The position numbers and the translations under genes were made by a program. The notes under the pieces were generated by a model. That model saw only the letters and a program-made list of their open reading frames with translations, did no database searches and was not told the DNA's origin. A stretch of DNA of 20,000 nt from IMG/VR virus record IMGVR_UViG_3300024255_001771, positions 58,932-78,931 of that record, one strand, 5' to 3'. Positions within the stretch are counted from its first letter, which is position 1; every line of letters begins with the position of its first letter. Shown in pieces: positions 16,241 to 20,000 of this stretch. Source of the DNA: an uncultured virus (IMG/VR IMGVR_UViG_3300024255_001771). Its lineage: Duplodnaviria > Heunggongvirae > Uroviricota > Caudoviricetes.

Positions 16241-17888
16241 TATATACTTTTTACAGTTGCCACTAACTGCTCACACTGCTTCTTTACCGCAAGCAGTTGG
16301 AACTATTTGGAGTTACTGTAATCAATTTGAAGAAGTGTCGTCTAAATATAACTTAGCTGGCGTTTGGTGGAAGGATCCTATTGATATTGTAGATCCGTAT
16401 ATTATTGCTGCCAGTTGTTATATGTGGAACTGGCAAGAAACTTATGCAATTATTAAAGATGCTAAGTCTAAATACCCGAACTGTAAAGTTATTGTCGGCG
16501 GCCCAGATCCTAAATACACTTCGCAGTGGTGTATTGACCATCCCGAAGTTGATGCAGTAATTGCATACTACGGCGAAGAAACTTTGCGTAATGTATTAAC
16601 TACTGATACGTTTGATTTACCGGGCATTGTAACTAAGGATTTCAATAATGCATTGAATGCAGTATATGCAGATCCTAAAATGATACCGAGTCCGTACTTA
16701 AATGGATTTTTTGATAAGTTATTAGAAGGTAACACTACTAAGAATATTAGAGCAATATTTGAAGGTAATAGAGGCTGCCCGTATAGCTGTAGTTTTTGTG
16801 ACATTGGATCTAAACAGTATCAAAAAATACAAATGTTTGACACTGACCGATGCTTGCAGGAACTTGACTGGATATGCGAAAACAATATTAATATTATCGA
16901 CGTTGCTGACAGTAATTTTGGAATCTTTCCTAGAGACGAACTTATAGTAGACTACATTGTAGAACAAAAACAAAACGGAAGATTTAATGGGAGTTTCATG
17001 CCCACTTGGGCTAAAACACACGGCGAGCAAATTATTAAACTTGCTAAAAAACTACAAACCAGCGGAGTAGATAAAATCTTTGGATTTAGTTTACAGAGCA
17101 CTAATCTAGAAACTCTTAAGAATGTTAAGCGTAAAAATGCATATGACATTAAAGGATTTATTCCTATTCTTGAAGATATGCAACTAGAAAATTTATCATC
17201 ATATACTGAATTAATATTTCCTATGCCAGGCGACACTAAAGAAAGTTTTAAAGCAGGAGTGCATGAGCTATTAGATATGCCAGTATCGTTTGAAATGATA
17301 CAAATTAACAGTTTGAGTAGGTTGTCTAATACTGAGTTTAATACTGGATTTCTAGATATGGAATGGGCCAATATTAAAGGAACTGCAAAACCTTATGATA
17401 ACGGTGTTACTGATGAAATATGTGTTTCAACAAGCTCAATAGATCGAGAAAGTGTATTTGAATCTTTTTTCTACGCAAGGAATTTTATTATACCAATGTA
17501 CTGGTATGGAATTACAACATATCTCGCAGACTATTTACATAAAAATAATATAAACAGAAGTGCATTTCATAATGAGTTATACGATCAAATGTTTTCTGAG
17601 AAATTGTTTGCTGATCATAAAGCAGAAGTAAGAGATCACTATTTTAATTCTATTGACAATAATGATCATATCGGGTATTATATTAGTAACTGTAATTATA
17701 CTGATACTGCATACTCGCATTTATTTTATGTACAGAATAATATTTTTGATTATTTAAAAGAAAGATATCCAGAGCACAGTGATATCATTTCTGCTAACCA
17801 AAAAGACTTTAAAAGCATAACTGACTTATCTAGTTGGATGACTGAAATACACATCAAAGGACGATTTAGTAAATCATGGAAAAATTAA
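16233..17888 (+). CDS. Cobalamin-binding radical SAM protein (class B-like), copy 2
   Basis: ATG at 16233 (MRNIYFLQ) aligns with MKKVYFTQ of copy 1. 'SCYMWNW', 'VIVGGP', 'PSPYLNG', 'EGNRGCPYSCSFC', 'VADSNFG'. Confidence 0.9.
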   Translation: MRNIYFLQLPLTAHTASLPQAVGTIWSYCNQFEEVSSKYNLAGVWWKDPIDIVDPYIIAASCYMWNWQETYAIIKDAKSKYPNCKVIVGGPDPKYTSQWCIDHPEVDAVIAYYGEETLRNVLTTDTFDLPGIVTKDFNNALNAVYADPKMIPSPYLNGFFDKLLEGNTTKNIRAIFEGNRGCPYSCSFCDIGSKQYQKIQMFDTDRCLQELDWICENNINIIDVADSNFGIFPRDELIVDYIVEQKQNGRFNGSFMPTWAKTHGEQIIKLAKKLQTSGVDKIFGFSLQSTNLETLKNVKRKNAYDIKGFIPILEDMQLENLSSYTELIFPMPGDTKESFKAGVHELLDMPVSFEMIQINSLSRLSNTEFNTGFLDMEWANIKGTAKPYDNGVTDEICVSTSSIDRESVFESFFYARNFIIPMYWYGITTYLADYLHKNNINRSAFHNELYDQMFSEKLFADHKAEVRDHYFNSIDNNDHIGYYISNCNYTDTAYSHLFYVQNNIFDYLKERYPEHSDIISANQKDFKSITDLSSWMTEIHIKGRFSKSWKN

Positions 17889-18637
17889 AAATGGATAAAC
17901 TTACAATTAATAGCGACTGGTATATTGATTTAGATGAAATTTTAAATATTGGTAGCTGTCCAGCAAGTTTAGATGATGGACTAATTAATAATTTTGATAT
18001 GATCCGTCACTGTTGCAACATTAATACCAGTGACTTGTCCGGTAATTCAATTGCAGATGCGTTAGATATTAAGGCAGCCACCAATAAAGATATATTTGCT
18101 GCTGAACTGACAAATGCATTACGCTCACCATATCATGTCATGAAACTGACAACTGGAGGGCATGACGGGTATGTTTATGATTCAATCAAAACTCCAGCAG
18201 CAGTATGGGATTCCATTAAATGGAAACCCGGGCTATCAGAAGATTGGCAACCTTTTAAGGAATGGATTGCTCAACTGCCCATAACAAAAGTCGGGCATGT
18301 GGCAGTGTTTATCAATAGGCCCGGAGTAATCCCATGGTATCACGTTGATAGCGGCCAAGATCACGATATCGCCAACTGGCGCCCTGTGCCTCATAGAGAA
18401 GAGTTTATCTGGATTAACTTTGACAATCACAAAACATTTTATATTCTAGATAACAATAACACCCCGGTAAAAGTCCAATCAAGAAGTGCATTTTTCAATA
18501 CAAACAATTATCATGGTAGCCATGAAGCAACACACAGTTGGAGTTATAGCGTAAGAATTGAATGCATATTCTCAGATCATTTTAGAAAACAAATAAGTAT
18601 AGATCATATAGAAGGTTATTATTATGAAGATGTATGA
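17876..18637 (+). CDS. 2OG-Fe(II) oxygenase / cupin-like protein
   Basis: 'PGVIPWYHVD' HxD motif, 'FFNTNNYHGS', 'SVRI'. Alternative ATG at 17891. Confidence 0.65.
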   Translation: MEKLKMDKLTINSDWYIDLDEILNIGSCPASLDDGLINNFDMIRHCCNINTSDLSGNSIADALDIKAATNKDIFAAELTNALRSPYHVMKLTTGGHDGYVYDSIKTPAAVWDSIKWKPGLSEDWQPFKEWIAQLPITKVGHVAVFINRPGVIPWYHVDSGQDHDIANWRPVPHREEFIWINFDNHKTFYILDNNNTPVKVQSRSAFFNTNNYHGSHEATHSWSYSVRIECIFSDHFRKQISIDHIEGYYYEDV

Positions 18638-19721
18638 ATTTGAAGACTTCAAAGCCGAGTTTATAGAATGGTCATTTGATGCCGAAAAAATTCAAACAAA
18701 CAATCTTCCGCTGTGTCCATATGCCAAACATACTAGGATTACAAATAATGTAGAATTCTTTGATGGTAGAGAAAATTTAAAAGAGTGCCTTTTAAAATAC
18801 ACTGGAGAGAAAGATATGGGTGTAATTTGGTTAGGTAACAACATAGATGTCGAGGACGTTAATATTGTTTTAACAGAACAACAAAAAATAAATGCAAATA
18901 TTATTTATTTTCTAACTGAAAAAAACGTCGTTGTCCAAAGATATAATTTTGGATTTATCAGTAAATCGTTTACTAATACTATTATTATGCACCGGTACGA
19001 CGATTATTTAATCAAGCAGCGATCTCTTTTTGAAAAAAAATATTATGACCAATATCCAGATAATAGTACAATAAAACAAAGAGTTAATCAGATTTACAAT
19101 AATATTTATCCAGTCAAAAAACAAGATAATCAAGTTATAGGTACTGAATCACAATATAAAATTTTTGATTATTATTTTGATGAGCCCGGAAGTGTTTTAG
19201 ACATTGGAGGCAATGCAGGAAATTTATTAACAAGTAAAAATAAAAAAATAGAAAAGTATACTTGTTTAGATGTATCAAAAGATGCAGCTAAATTGGGGAA
19301 AAGGCTGTATCCCAATTCAAATTTCTATCATTATAATATGTATAATGAATATTATAACAAAGCAGGAAATAGAACGGAAATATTTCCTAATATAGAAATA
19401 CACGATTATGTTTTTATAAACAGTGTATTTACAAGTTGCGATCTTGATACTATTATTAATATATTATCAGAGTCTATCAAACTCGCCAAAAAGAAAATAG
19501 TGTTTAGTGTATTCGACTATGATAACCAATATCTTAAAGATAAATTTAAAATAGAAGAGTTAAAAAAAGAAACGAATATATCATATTCGGCAAAATCTAT
19601 CAAACTTCATAATATCAACTTGTTGAAAGATTACATAGAAAATGCATTTGGTATTAATGTGTTAGTCGACAACCCGTGTCCGATAGATAACAATTTTACA
19701 ATATTTTTAATAGAACGGTAA
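18624..19721 (+). CDS. Fusion: N-terminal 'CPYA' domain (DUF1415-like) plus C-terminal class I SAM-dependent methyltransferase
   Basis: 'LPLCPYAK' near the N-terminus. C-terminal 'SVLDIGGNAGNL', 'YTCLDVSKDA', 'DYVFINSVFT'. Confidence 0.7.
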   Translation: MKMYEFEDFKAEFIEWSFDAEKIQTNNLPLCPYAKHTRITNNVEFFDGRENLKECLLKYTGEKDMGVIWLGNNIDVEDVNIVLTEQQKINANIIYFLTEKNVVVQRYNFGFISKSFTNTIIMHRYDDYLIKQRSLFEKKYYDQYPDNSTIKQRVNQIYNNIYPVKKQDNQVIGTESQYKIFDYYFDEPGSVLDIGGNAGNLLTSKNKKIEKYTCLDVSKDAAKLGKRLYPNSNFYHYNMYNEYYNKAGNRTEIFPNIEIHDYVFINSVFTSCDLDTIINILSESIKLAKKKIVFSVFDYDNQYLKDKFKIEELKKETNISYSAKSIKLHNINLLKDYIENAFGINVLVDNPCPIDNNFTIFLIER

Positions 19722-19727
19722 AGAAAA

Positions 19728-20000
19728 ATGTATACAAATCCTTTAAATAAATTAATATGGAATAAGGTCGAAGAAATGTTCGGCTGGAACATTGCTCCAG
19801 AATCTATGATCCACCAGTTGCCGTTTACAAAAGAGTTTATGACAGCATGTGAACAAGAATTTTCAATGCAAGTTAGAGATACACATCATCCAATTCATCT
19901 CGGTCAAATTGATCAATGGTATGGAAAAACTATGGGCGACTTTGTAAAAGAAATTGACAAGCAATATCAACACAACTACTTCGTAGGTGAAAACGGTACA
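19728..20000 (+). CDS. Hypothetical protein, 3' truncated; N-terminus resembles an acyl carrier protein without the DSL serine
   Basis: My translation: MYTNPLNKLIWNKVEEMFGWNIAPESMIHQLPFTKEFMTACEQEFSMQVRDTHHPIHLGQIDQWYGKTMGDFVKEIDKQYQHNYFVGENGT, open to the window end. Not in the supplied ORF track. Confidence 0.7.
   Translation, partial: MYTNPLNKLIWNKVEEMFGWNIAPESMIHQLPFTKEFMTACEQEFSMQVRDTHHPIHLGQIDQWYGKTMGDFVKEIDKQYQHNYFVGENGT

Noticed and set aside
268..18430. Numerous 60-144 aa antisense and alternate-frame ORFs in the track (e.g. 1636-2070, 6642-6989, 14649-15080, 16952-17371)
   Set aside because: They lie within or across well-supported + strand genes, have no recognisable motifs and look like shadow ORFs.
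1..20000. CRISPR arrays, tRNA/rRNA genes, transposases, introns/inteins and stop-codon recoding
   Set aside because: I saw no periodic repeats or such motifs. ORFs are full length under the standard code, with TAA, TGA and TAG all used as stops.

Overview
AT-rich (roughly one-third GC, judged by eye), densely packed block of 23 CDSs. All are on the + strand except one inverted nitroreductase, and most are linked by start/stop overlaps. Nearly every gene encodes a tailoring enzyme. There are 10 radical SAM proteins in four paralog families: four with a C-terminal Cys domain, two with an N-terminal twitch-like domain, two of a 'W-x-LGR-x-CNY-x-C-x-YC' type and two cobalamin-binding class-B-like. 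The rest are four 2OG-Fe(II)-type oxygenases, two class I methyltransferase-like proteins, a GT-A-like glycosyltransferase, a QueC-like PP-loop ATPase, a nitroreductase, a peroxiredoxin homolog lacking its peroxidatic Cys, a 74-aa orphan and a truncated ACP-like protein lacking the DSL serine. T4-late-like ATAAATA boxes just upstream of start codons, apparent leaderless starts and the absence of housekeeping genes suggest a large/jumbo dsDNA phage. This is inference, because no structural gene lies in the window. The block looks like a large, uncharacterised virus-encoded modification/biosynthetic cluster of unknown substrate. A 98-nt intergenic leader with several hairpins and a small uORF precedes the B12-radical SAM/oxygenase sub-operon.
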